The notes under the pieces are model-generated. The model did not search any database. It worked only from the letters and a program-made list of their open reading frames with translations, and was not told where the DNA came from. A DNA stretch of 64,000 bases from Macrostomum lignano (Eukaryota). Made by a program: the position numbers and the translations under genes. Numbering within the stretch: the first letter of the stretch is position 1; each line of letters starts with the position of its first letter. Location: positions 372,001 to 436,000 of the forward strand of contig NIVC01000319.1 of the NCBI GenBank assembly GCA_002269645.1, given 5' to 3'. Of the stretch, positions 26,570-36,265 are shown one piece after another.

Positions 26570-27235
26570 GGGGGAGAGGGGAACAGGGGTAGAGGGGGCG
26601 AGAGAGAGAGGATCGAAGAGAGAGGGGGAGAGAGGAGATTGGTGAAAAGAGAGAGGGAAGAGAGAGGAAGAGAGGGGGAGAGAGGAGAGAGGGGAGAGTT
26701 GACAGGTGACAGAAAGGAAGAGAGGGGGAGAGAGGAGAGTTGGGAGAGTTGACAGGTGAGAGAAAGGAAGAGAGGGGAGAAGGGCAGGGCAGGGGGCAGG
26801 GCAGGACAGGGTAGGACAGGGCAGGGCAGGGCAGGGCAGGGCAGGGCAGGGCAGGGCAGGGCAGGGCAGGGCAGGGCAGGGCAGGGCAGGGCAGGGCAGG
26901 GCAGGGCAGGGCAGGGCAGGGCAGGGCAGGGCAGGGCAGGGCAGGGCAGGGCAGGGCAGGGCAGGGCAGGGCAGGGCAGGGCAGGGCAGGGCAGGGCAGG
27001 GCAGGGCAGGGCAGGGCAGGGCAGGGCAGGGCAGGGCAGGGCAGGGCAGGGCAGGGCAGGGCAGGGCAGGGCAGGGCAGGGCAGGGCAGGGCAGGGCAGG
27101 GCAGGGCAGGGCAGGCAGGGCAGGGCAGGGCAGGGCAGGGCAGGGCAGGGCAGGGCAGGGCAGGGCAGGGCAGGGCAGGGCAGGGCAGGGCAGGGCAGGG
27201 CAGGGCAGGGCAGGGCAGGGCAGGGCAGGGCAGGC
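26570..27235. repeat. AG-rich tract followed by (GGGCA)n, ~90 copies
   Basis: Purine-rich tract, then a pentamer array. Confidence 0.98.
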
Positions 27236-27454
27236 ATAGAATTCTAGATAAAACTTAACTTATGCAATGGTTAGGCCTAGTAGAGCCATTTGATTTTTTT
27301 AATCTTAGGCCAAGGTCCTAAGCTAGTCTAAACCTTATTTTAGTAAAACTTATTCTTAGACCCTTTGCCTCTAATTAGGGCCTAACAGTAACAACTGGTA
27401 ACTGGCTAATTCTAGCCAAGCCTATCTACAAAAAGTCAACATGCATGCATGCAT

Positions 27455-27606
27455 AACCTTGGGAATCACTCGGCCATTTCTATTGGAAACACACACATGT
27501 AAGTCGCTATTGGACAGAACAATAGTCACATACTGTACTGCTGCCAGCTAATAGCGACTTACATGTGTGTGTTGCCAATAGAAAAGGCTGGGTGAAACCC
27601 TAGGTT
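27455..27606. mobile_element. Foldback/MITE-like inverted repeat (~57-bp arms, ~37-nt spacer)
   Basis: tttctattggaaacacacacatgtaagtcgctatt is mirrored by aatagcgacttacatgtgtgtgttgccaatagaaa. Pairing extends outward with mismatches. No clear TSD. Confidence 0.7.
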
Positions 27607-27894
27607 GCGCCCAAGAATGAAAGTCAAGGAGTGCATGTCATGCAATTTAAAAAACTGATTTTAGACAATGTTTTATCCTATTAATCATAGTCTTATTGGC
27701 ATTGCCTTGAAGTGAGTGCACTGAATAGGGCCTACTACTAAACTTTTCATAGCAAGCAAAATGACCAAATTCAGGATGCCTGCACATTTTGAGAAAGTAA
27801 AATAAAGGAGACTGTTTCTGTTTGACTGATCCCAAAAAAGGAGATTTTATTTGGTAACGTAACAATATGGACCTAAACATACATCACTCATTAG

Positions 27895-28018
27895 CAGTGT
27901 TGGGCACAATTCCGATACTCCGATACTCCGATACCCAAAAGGTATCGCCGATAGTATCGGAGTATCGGAAGTCGATACTTTTTTGACAGTATCGGACTTC
28001 GGTAACTTCCGATGCAAT
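27895..28018. mobile_element. Probable left end of a hAT-type non-autonomous element, interrupted by LTR insertions
   Basis: CAGTGTTGGGCA terminus followed by repeated ccgatact/agtatcgg subterminal motifs; the motif resumes at 29026 after the solo LTR. The matching right end was not found. Confidence 0.45.
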
Positions 28019-29020
28019 TGAGGTGGGGGCGAAGAAAAGGAGAAAAAAATAATTTATTTAATTTGAATATCTTTGTGTTTGAAATCGGTCGGTTGCTTAC
28101 ACCAATTTAAGGTGGGGCGGTTCAACTTTGAATTGTCGTCTGCGTTGTCTCGGCACTCGTAAAGCCGGAAAATTTCACGAACTGATGCGTTTAGCTTCTC
28201 CGTTGATACTCCGTCTGCCGGGTCCTCAATTCCGGGGGGGGGGGTAGTCGTAATTCGCAGTCGAGCAGTCTTTTAACGGCACGGTCGTTCAATTGGGTCT
28301 TCAGACGCCGTAAATTTTGTATCTGTCGATATGCTCGGTTTGTTAACTATCAGTAGTAAAGTAGCGCTGCCACCACCGTAATTTCGTATTACGGAACGTT
28401 AAGGGCCTCAGAGCTTTCTTTGAGATGAGACTAATTGGTTGTTTTACGCCCCGCGGCAAATGACTCAATAGAAACTAAAGGCTTCGATTAGGAACGAGTG
28501 AATAAATATTGTCGTCACTTCTTATTATTTAACACTGGATAGGCACTAGTTAAACAAATTACTAAGAATTACTAAAGTATTATTATTAATTATTAATTCG
28601 CTACAAGAGTAGATTCGGCGGTGCCGAGAGAAATTAATGAAATAAATTGGGGTTATGCACTGAGCAAATGAGAGATTAGCTACGGTCCAGAACAGAACCA
28701 GAACAAAAGGGGGGTTGAAAACTGAAACTAAACACGCAAGAATTTATACGCAGAACTCGGCTAATTCCCGGGAGTGGGACACAAGGGGGAACACCGGGTG
28801 GAACACACGAGGGAAAAAGGAATAAAACCGGCGGTGGTTACGTGGCAAAACACGTTAAAACAAGGATGCGACCAGGGAAAGGACCAGCCGGGGGAACAAT
28901 GGTGGGAGCAACCGGGGGAACGGGAAACATCAATCAAAGGAACACAGTTAGGTTACGTCAAGCAGTCCACCGATGGGAGGCGTTGCGTTGCTGCCAACTG
29001 CAACTGCCTGCCGAACCCCA
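28019..29020 (-). mobile_element. Solo LTR of a family related to the adjacent gypsy element
   Basis: TGAGGTGGGG...ACCCCA termini, ~1.0 kb. Blocks such as gctgccaccaccgtaattt..gtattacggaacg..ctcagagctttctttgagatgaga and gcaaatgactcaata are shared with the 29199 LTR. Flanks gcaat/gtagt do not form a perfect TSD. Confidence 0.75.
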
Positions 29021-29198
29021 GTAGTCCCGATACTTTTGAAATTTTGAGCATGCAAATAATCAAATTTTCTTTAAAATGGATGAAATAGTTGCGTTCTTTT
29101 ACAGAAAGTTATGATCAAAACTTCACTTTTTGGTCAATGATGCTGAAATAGTAAATTTTTTCTTTTTTAAAACTAGTTTTTAGAACTTTTTAAAATAT

Positions 29199-30237
29199 TG
29201 AGGTGGGGCGGAGAAGAATCTTTTGGAAGTTCTGAGTTTTGAAAATTTGTTGACACCAGTGAGGTGGGGGTAGAGAAGATTTAAACTCCTGGGTTGAGGG
29301 TCGGCCGAAATTCTTCGAAACCGGTGGCGTTGCGTTCGCACGAATAAAACCGGAAAAATCGCGCAGATGAATCACAACGGAATTTCTTCTCCTTTTCTCC
29401 GACTGCCGGGTTCTCAAGTCCGGGGGGAGGGTAGTCGTAATCGTAGCAGAGCGGTCGTTTAGCGGCTCGGGTCGTTCAAAGGGATGAAACACCGGAGATT
29501 TCTGGCTCCGTAAATTAATGCGTCGATGTGTTGAACTGGTTACTTTCAGTAGGGTAGTTGCTGCCACCACCGTAATTTACGTATTACGGAACGGATAAGT
29601 CTCAGAGCTTTCTTTGAGATGAGAACTTGGTTATTTTACGCCCCACGGGCAAATGACTCAATAAATGCTATGGCTTATGTCAGCAGATTAAATATGATTC
29701 GGAATAATGGTTTATGGGCTTGGTTTATTAATAATAATGCAGGCTTATGATTAGTAATTTTGATTTTTCAGACGACTGAGATGTTCACGGGCGCCGGTGC
29801 GCTAAATAAACTTAAAAAAAAACGAAAATTAGATTAAGGAAATAGGGGGTCGAAAACCAAAAAGGGGAAGGGTGGGGAGAAAGGTTAGAAAACAACTCAT
29901 CGTGCGCAGATTATAAATAAAGAGAGAATTACATGCACATCGTTTGGAAGTTAAACTGGACAGGCCGATGGAGCAAAGTTTCAATGCGTGGAAACTTTGG
30001 GTGGACGGCTTGCCGCAGAGGAAAAGGGAGAAAAATTTTAACAAAATCCACCGCAAGGGAGCGCGTTTTAGCACCCAGTGGAAACTAAAACAGTGGCTGG
30101 ACGGCCACTTGACGGAAAATGATGCGCCAGAAATTCACTAGATGGATACGAAAGTAAAAAAAAATTAATGTTTATTGGGCATGCAACTTAGCGTAATTGT
30201 TTGATTAAGTGTTCATCAGTGGCACTCGACTGCCACA
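29199..30237 (-). repeat. 3' LTR
   Basis: Near-identical to 42249-43287. By eye there are 3 substitutions (29298/42348, 30018/43068, 30201/43251) and 2 G-run indels. Confidence 0.96.
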
Positions 30238-30267
30238 TGCGCGGGGTGGCCGGAGGGTTGCGCAGAG

Positions 30268-31847
30268 TTAGCAGCAGCCGCTGCTTCCTTGGCCACCGCG
30301 GCGTCCGCGTCCGGCAGCTCGGCCGCCTCGGTTGGCCGGGTGGTCTCCTCGAGCAGGATGCTCGGGGTCGGCGTTCCTCGCCGTTCTGGGCCGGTCGCTA
30401 GCTGAGCTGGCCGCCGGGGGCCAGCCATGTATTTGTACGTGACCGTCGACGATGTGGAGGCGCTCAGGGTATTTCTCTATCGCACAGTCCCAGAAAGCTC
30501 GTAGGCGCGGAAACCAGCCGCCTTCTAGGTGGCCAGCTTCAAAATAGGCCAACGCCAGAAGTAGAGCCAGGGCCGGGCGGAATTGGGTCGGTCTCAGGCG
30601 GAACAGTTCCTCGGCCCGTGTTAACTGCTCGTCCAGTAAGTCTTTCGTCGCCGCCGGAGGCATCAGGACACAGAGCCGGCGCCAGGGGGCATCAATTTGT
30701 ACCCGCCCCTTCTGGGCGGCGAGGTCGAAAGCGTCGAATAAAACTTTGCGCAGGCGTAGGCGCGCCGGTGTTGCGCCGGCCGTGGCGGAATTCCAAACTC
30801 GCAGCTTGGCCGCCTCATCAGGGCGAAGCCATGGGTAGGGATTCCAATCCCGGGATCCCGGGATCCCGGGATCCCGGGATTGGGGCCAAAAATCCGGGAT
30901 TTGAATCCCGGGATTTTTTTGGGAATCGAATCCCGGGATTTTTAATCCCGGGATTGCAAAAGTCCGGGATCGGGATCCCGGGATTTCAAGGCCTTAATCC
31001 CGGGATTGGTCCGGGATTAGAACAACCTTTCAATGCCTAAATTAGATAATTTAAAGTCTAAACGTTTATTTGAATAATAAAACATTTATTTGTTTTTGCT
31101 GTTTCTCAATGAAACGCTAAACATTTGCAAAGCTCCTGTCCTAATTGATCTAAAAATTGTTAATGTGAACTGTAAATGATAGATAATTTTAACTTTTTTC
31201 GTTTTCCACCACGAGACGAGACTGAGGGCCTTTTCATAGTGCTTGTTCTGGTTCCAGAAGCAGAACCAATTTGTGAAGTATAACTTTTTGTCTCCATAAC
31301 TATAGGGAGATACGTGCTATAAAGTTTTTATTATTGAATGACAGTCGCCAAAAAGAAAGTGAAAAATCGTGCAAAGTGAGGCTGTTAAGGCAGTCAAATA
31401 TTAACAGAGTTTAATAGTTATACTGCTGTTTTTCTTGGAATTCCGAACCGATTCTGGTTCTGGAATTGGTAACATGAAAAGGCCCTGAGACTCTGAGAGT
31501 CGCGAGACCATGACTACTGCACGCGGCACGCCGCACAGTCCGTCTTAGGATTCCAATCCCGGGATCCCGGGATCCCGGGATTGGGGCCAAAAATCCGGGA
31601 TTTGAATCCCGGGATTTTTTTTGGAATCGAATCCCGGGATTTTTAATCCCGGGATTGCAAAAGCACCGGGATTCCGGGATTTTGAATCCCGGGATTTCAA
31701 CAGCATCGGGATTTCGGGACTATTCAATCCCGGGATTGTAAAATGTCGGGATTTTGGAATCCCTAGCCATGGGGCGCGCTGCAGGGTCGCTTGAAGCTCG
31801 GGCGCTTGCAGAGCGGGCGGCTCCTGAGGTGCCGTTCCTTCCAACAT
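30268..31847 (-). pseudogene. Third (accessory) ORF of the retroelement, 213 aa after removing the MITE; function unknown
   Basis: Removing 30836-31765 plus one TSD (938 bp) leaves 642 nt in one open frame: MLEGTAPQEPPALQAPELQATLQRAPW|LRPDEAAKLRVWNS...LMPPAATKDLL...KYPERLHIVDGHVQIHGW...GCC*. Confidence 0.7.
30836..31765. mobile_element. Non-autonomous hAT (Ac-type TAGGG ends) MITE, 930 bp
   Basis: TIR TAGGGATTCCAA / TTGGAATCCCTA, 8-bp TSD GCCATGGG (30828-35, 31766-73), many palindromic ATCCCGGGAT subterminal motifs. Confidence 0.92.
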
Positions 31848-32436
31848 TACATGTCCTCCATAATAGCCGTTTGGGCAGAGTTTTCAGTTGAAGCAATAAG
31901 GGAAAATAATTATGATGGTGAGCAAAATATATACAGGATAGTGGATAAATATATGCAGGAGTATGAACAAGTTGGCTGGCAGATAAATAACAAATAGGAC
32001 GAATAGCTAGGAGCGCAGGAATTCAATTTACAAATTGAGAAAATCAGTTCCGAGCCAAGTTGCGGTTTAAATACTCCAAAAAGGTTATCCACTGGCTGGA
32101 GAAAGGGTGTTCCAACCAGAGAAACCAGCCACCACCATACGCGGATGGGGGGGTTGAATGAACGAAAGGCCATAAAACAGATAACCGCGCGGCAGGGGGA
32201 GGTCCGAAATTAAAGAATTGAAATGGGGCGCCTGAGCGGCTCACACAAAATAGGTCGGCGGTTAGGATAGCTGAATAGCGCGTAAACAGATAGAAAAATA
32301 AAGGAGCAATTGGCGGGCTCCATACTAAGATAATATTGAAAGAACAGTTTAGTGACCGGGGCTCCATAAGGAGTTACAGGAGCGGGGGCTCACAAATGGC
32401 ACTGGGTAGGGGAGCCCAACTGGGCAGCCCTTACAA

Positions 32437-35344
32437 CAGGGGCGGGCAAACTTTTTAGAGAGTGGGCCAAATAATACTTTCGTTGAACAGCCGCGGGCCG
32501 GAGCTCAATAACGAGGCAACTTTCTTGGTAGATAGAAATACAGTTTAGTTTATTTGCTTATCAAGCTTTTAATAGTATGTTTCATTACAATTAGTGAAAT
32601 ACATGTATCATTGAATATGCAGATATTTGCTTTATATAAAGCCGAATTAACAAATGAGAAGTTTAAGTAAAAATGACGTTTAAAAAATTACGTAACTGCT
32701 CTTACATCCGATGGCAATAACATCAGCGCTGATGAAAAAGTTATTAGTTACTTGCTATAGATGATACAGTTGATATTTAATGAAGGAAAATAGTACTAGC
32801 AATAGAAAAAATGGACAATAAAAAGTGACATTGACAGGGAATTATAATAGGAAAGATACAAAAAGAAATACATTGACAAAATGCTCGAACAATGATGGGC
32901 AGTGATAGCATGCCGTTAGAGGAGATATTAGTGACAAATTTTGGTTGACAGACATGCCCAATCTACAGTCTGTTAGCAGAAATTCAGTCATTTGAACTTA
33001 ATGAGATGGGTGGTACTGTCTGCCCTGAAGAAGTGCTTCAAAATCCGGCTTGATAGACGAAGTAGACAGCAGAAGGATATCATTAAGATGGCGGTCTGAA
33101 ATCTGGGAACGAAGGCGAGATTTGGTGAAGCTCATTTTGGAAAACAGCTGTTCGCAGCAATAGGTGCTCCCAAACATGGCCACAATACGTTGAACATGGG
33201 CGATGTAGTTTGGAAAGTTGTTGGATGGGAGAACAAGGTCCCGAAAGAAGGCTAGAGGGGAGGAAGTGCGGAACTTTGCCTTCAGTCCATCGTTGTACTG
33301 CAGCTCAACCAACTCCATCTGCAGGGCAGCTGGGGCATCATCCACCGAGCAGTCAAAGGGAGCAGTGAGGAGCTTGAAGTCCACAGCCAGGCGTCTGACT
33401 CCTGCAAAGCGGGAGGCAAACTCCTCCCGCAGAGAAGCCACAACCCCTGCGCAAGTGACCAGGTCCACGTCATCTGGGGCACAGGCAGCAAGACGAGGAA
33501 AGTGCACAAACTGACCAGCAGTCAGCTGAGCCTCCCACAAGCGTAGCTTGACCTCGAATGCAGTGATCTCAGCGTGCATGTCCGTCACAAGAATTTCTTG
33601 GCCTTGAAGTTTTATATTGAGGGCATTCAGGTGTGCAGTGACATCAGTCAGCAGGGCCAGGCGAGCAAGCCATTTTGGGTCAGAAAAGCAGTCCGCATGG
33701 GGCAGATTCTTCTGGCGCAAAAATGTGACAATCTCCTGCTGCAGGTCACACACACGAGAAAGCATGGCCCCACGGCTCAGCCAGCGGACTTCGCAGAAGT
33801 AGAGCAGGTCTCCATATTGCGTATTCACATCGTCCACTAGAGTCTGGAACTGGCGATGGTTGAGGCTGCTAGAGAGGATGGAGTTGACAACTTTCACCAC
33901 AATCGACATGACATCAGCAAGTTTGGCAGACTTGGCGCACAGGGCCTCCTGATGAATAATGCAATGCATCTTTTGTATTGGCTGGGTATGGCCGGCAGCC
34001 TCACAGTGATGCACTAGGAGTGATGCGGCGCCTTTCCTCTCTCCAGTCATTGCTGGGGCACCATCGGTCGTCACACACACAAGGCGAGAAAGATCAAGTG
34101 AGTGCTGCTCAACACACTGAAGCACAGCATCAAAGATGTCCTTGCCAGTGGTGGTGCCATGCAGTGGGACAAGCTGCAGAAACTCCTCGTGAATCTTGAG
34201 GTCAAAAGTGACTCCTCGGATAAAAATGGCCAGCTGGGCTGTATCTTTCATGTCAGTGCTCTCGTCAAGAGCTAGGGAGAAGGCAACTAGATCAGAGCAG
34301 CAGGTCTTCAGCAAGTCGTGCACATTGTCCGACATCTCCTCAATGCGCCGTCGAACAGTACGGGATGAGAGGCTCACGCTCTCAAAAGCAGAACGCTGTT
34401 CTGGACAGACAGAGTTCACCACAGTCACAAGGCACTCCTTGATGAAGTCCCCATCCGAGAAAGGCTTCATCCGGCAAGCTAGTAGATGGGAGACCTCGTA
34501 GCTTGCACGAGTCACCTTGTCGGCCTCAGTGGTCTGCTTGCGGAAGAGCAAAGTCGTCTTCTGCAGGTTGCCAGACAGCTTTGTGATAGCTTCTTTCTTC
34601 TTATCAGCAGGCATTGAAGCATAGGCTGATGTTTGGTGATTAGTTTCCCAGTGGCGACGCACATTGAATTCTTTAAGGACGGCCACAATCTTAAAACAGA
34701 TAAGACACTGCGCCTGGCCAAAGCGCTCAACAAAAAAGTACTTCTCCTGCCAATCAGCTTTAAAGGCCCGACACTCGAGATCTACTTTTCTCTTTTTAGC
34801 AGGTTGAGGTGTAGTAGACATGATTAGATAGATAGATGGAAGGCACACTGTGACACTGAGGGAAATTTTATTTTAGGGGAACTTTTAGTTAATAGGCACA
34901 TAAATAAACAGATTCGGGGGGAGGTGGTCTACCAACAGCAGGCTGCAGCCTGCTAAACAATGCAGGGGCCAAACCAACTCTTTTCTCTCTGGATAATATA
35001 ACAATGTCTAAGGCTTGATAGGAAGACTGCTAGAAAGGGGAAGAGAACTTATGGACGTACGCCACGTGCCCAGAGGGAAAGACAGCCAAATTGAGCTTAA
35101 GGTTGGGCACAGCCCATACCTTCGAATCTTAGAATCTGACAATATACTATATAAAGGGAGAGGGGAATAAGTCTTGTTTGCTTATTAGAGTCTAGACTCC
35201 TTAGTAGAGCCTTAGAATCTGGAAAATCTAGTGCCAGACTTATGCGGGCCAGATTTTAATGCAAATGAGAAGCTATGTGGCGGGCCAGAAAATAAAGCCT
35301 CGCGGGCCGGATCTGGCCCGCGGGCCGGAGTTTGCCCGCCCTAG
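32437..35344 (-). mobile_element. Autonomous hAT DNA transposon, Buster/SPIN type (2908 bp)
   Basis: 16-bp TIRs CAGGGGCGGGCAAACT / CTAGGGCGGGCAAACT (2 mismatches), perfect 8-bp TSD CCTTACAA with central TA (32429-36, 35345-52), and GCGGGCC subterminal motifs. Confidence 0.96.
32998..34821 (-). CDS. hAT transposase (Buster/SPIN, GTF2IRD2/EPM2AIP1-like), 607 aa from first ATG, uninterrupted
   Basis: NLS PAKKRKV; BED-like CLIC..HWETNH; catalytic ALDESTD, TTDGAPAM and STYCCEQLFS; CIIH motif; EVRWLSRG. Confidence 0.95.
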   Translation of the reverse strand: MSTTPQPAKKRKVDLECRAFKADWQEKYFFVERFGQAQCLICFKIVAVLKEFNVRRHWETNHQTSAYASMPADKKKEAITKLSGNLQKTTLLFRKQTTEADKVTRASYEVSHLLACRMKPFSDGDFIKECLVTVVNSVCPEQRSAFESVSLSSRTVRRRIEEMSDNVHDLLKTCCSDLVAFSLALDESTDMKDTAQLAIFIRGVTFDLKIHEEFLQLVPLHGTTTGKDIFDAVLQCVEQHSLDLSRLVCVTTDGAPAMTGERKGAASLLVHHCEAAGHTQPIQKMHCIIHQEALCAKSAKLADVMSIVVKVVNSILSSSLNHRQFQTLVDDVNTQYGDLLYFCEVRWLSRGAMLSRVCDLQQEIVTFLRQKNLPHADCFSDPKWLARLALLTDVTAHLNALNIKLQGQEILVTDMHAEITAFEVKLRLWEAQLTAGQFVHFPRLAACAPDDVDLVTCAGVVASLREEFASRFAGVRRLAVDFKLLTAPFDCSVDDAPAALQMELVELQYNDGLKAKFRTSSPLAFFRDLVLPSNNFPNYIAHVQRIVAMFGSTYCCEQLFSKMSFTKSRLRSQISDRHLNDILLLSTSSIKPDFEALLQGRQYHPSH

Positions 35345-35869
35345 CCTTACAACATTCCCAGGCTCGAGCAAAATCGAACAAAGAGCAGGGGTCGAGTCAC
35401 CTTAAATGCCTTCCACTGAGGACAAGGCCTAGAACAGGGGCGCTTGACCTGAGCGGGCAGAAGACAGTTTGGCCCTTAGACAGTGGGCTTACAAACCGGA
35501 AGGAAAATTAAAATACCTACAGTTTAATCAAACTGTAAGGTGTACAAATTCACTGCTTTCCTGAAAGCATTAGAAAAGGGGGGGGCACTTCTGCACTTTG
35601 AACGTGTGCGAAGAAGCTTACAGCAACAGGGATGCGCAAAATTTAGATGAAAAGAGGAAACGCAAAATAAAGCAATGATCTTACTGTATCGCATTGTTTA
35701 ATGAGGACGCGTTGATTAAATATTGTCGCATTGGTGCGTGCTTTTCACCGCAAAGCGTAAGGAAATTTACAGAGCGCATGGTGCTGATTAATGAATTCGC
35801 ATTTAATAAAATTAGCAAAGTTTTACGCTATACATGAGCACCGGAAACTATGCACTGCTTTTACCGGAA

Positions 35870-36110
35870 AGCATAAGGAAAAGAGAAACTGCTTTTAACC
35901 CTGAAGCATAAGGAAAAGTACATTGGAACGACGCCTGCTTTTATCCTGAAAGCATAAGGAAAATGGCAAAATGAAACTGCTTTTAACCCTGAAGCATAAG
36001 GAAAAGTACATTGGAACGACGCCTGCTTTTATCCTGAAAGCATAAGGAAAATGGCAAAATGAAACTGCTTTTAACCCTGAAGCATAAGGAAAAGTACATT
36101 GAATTTAAAC
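35870..36110. repeat. 88-bp dimeric tandem repeat in the retroelement's post-pol non-coding region
   Basis: gcataaggaaaa recurs at 35906/35994/36082 and 35952/36040. Confidence 0.85.
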
Positions 36111-36265
36111 GGAAAATTAAAATCGGCTTTCAGCACAGAGCAGGTGCAGAGAAAGCTTACAGCAAAATTAGAATTGGAACGCGTTCGCAAATATAACTAC
36201 TAATAGTAATGCGCATCAGAAGTTAGCAACTTGGCGCAACAGAAAACTCATTGGTAATTACCTTT

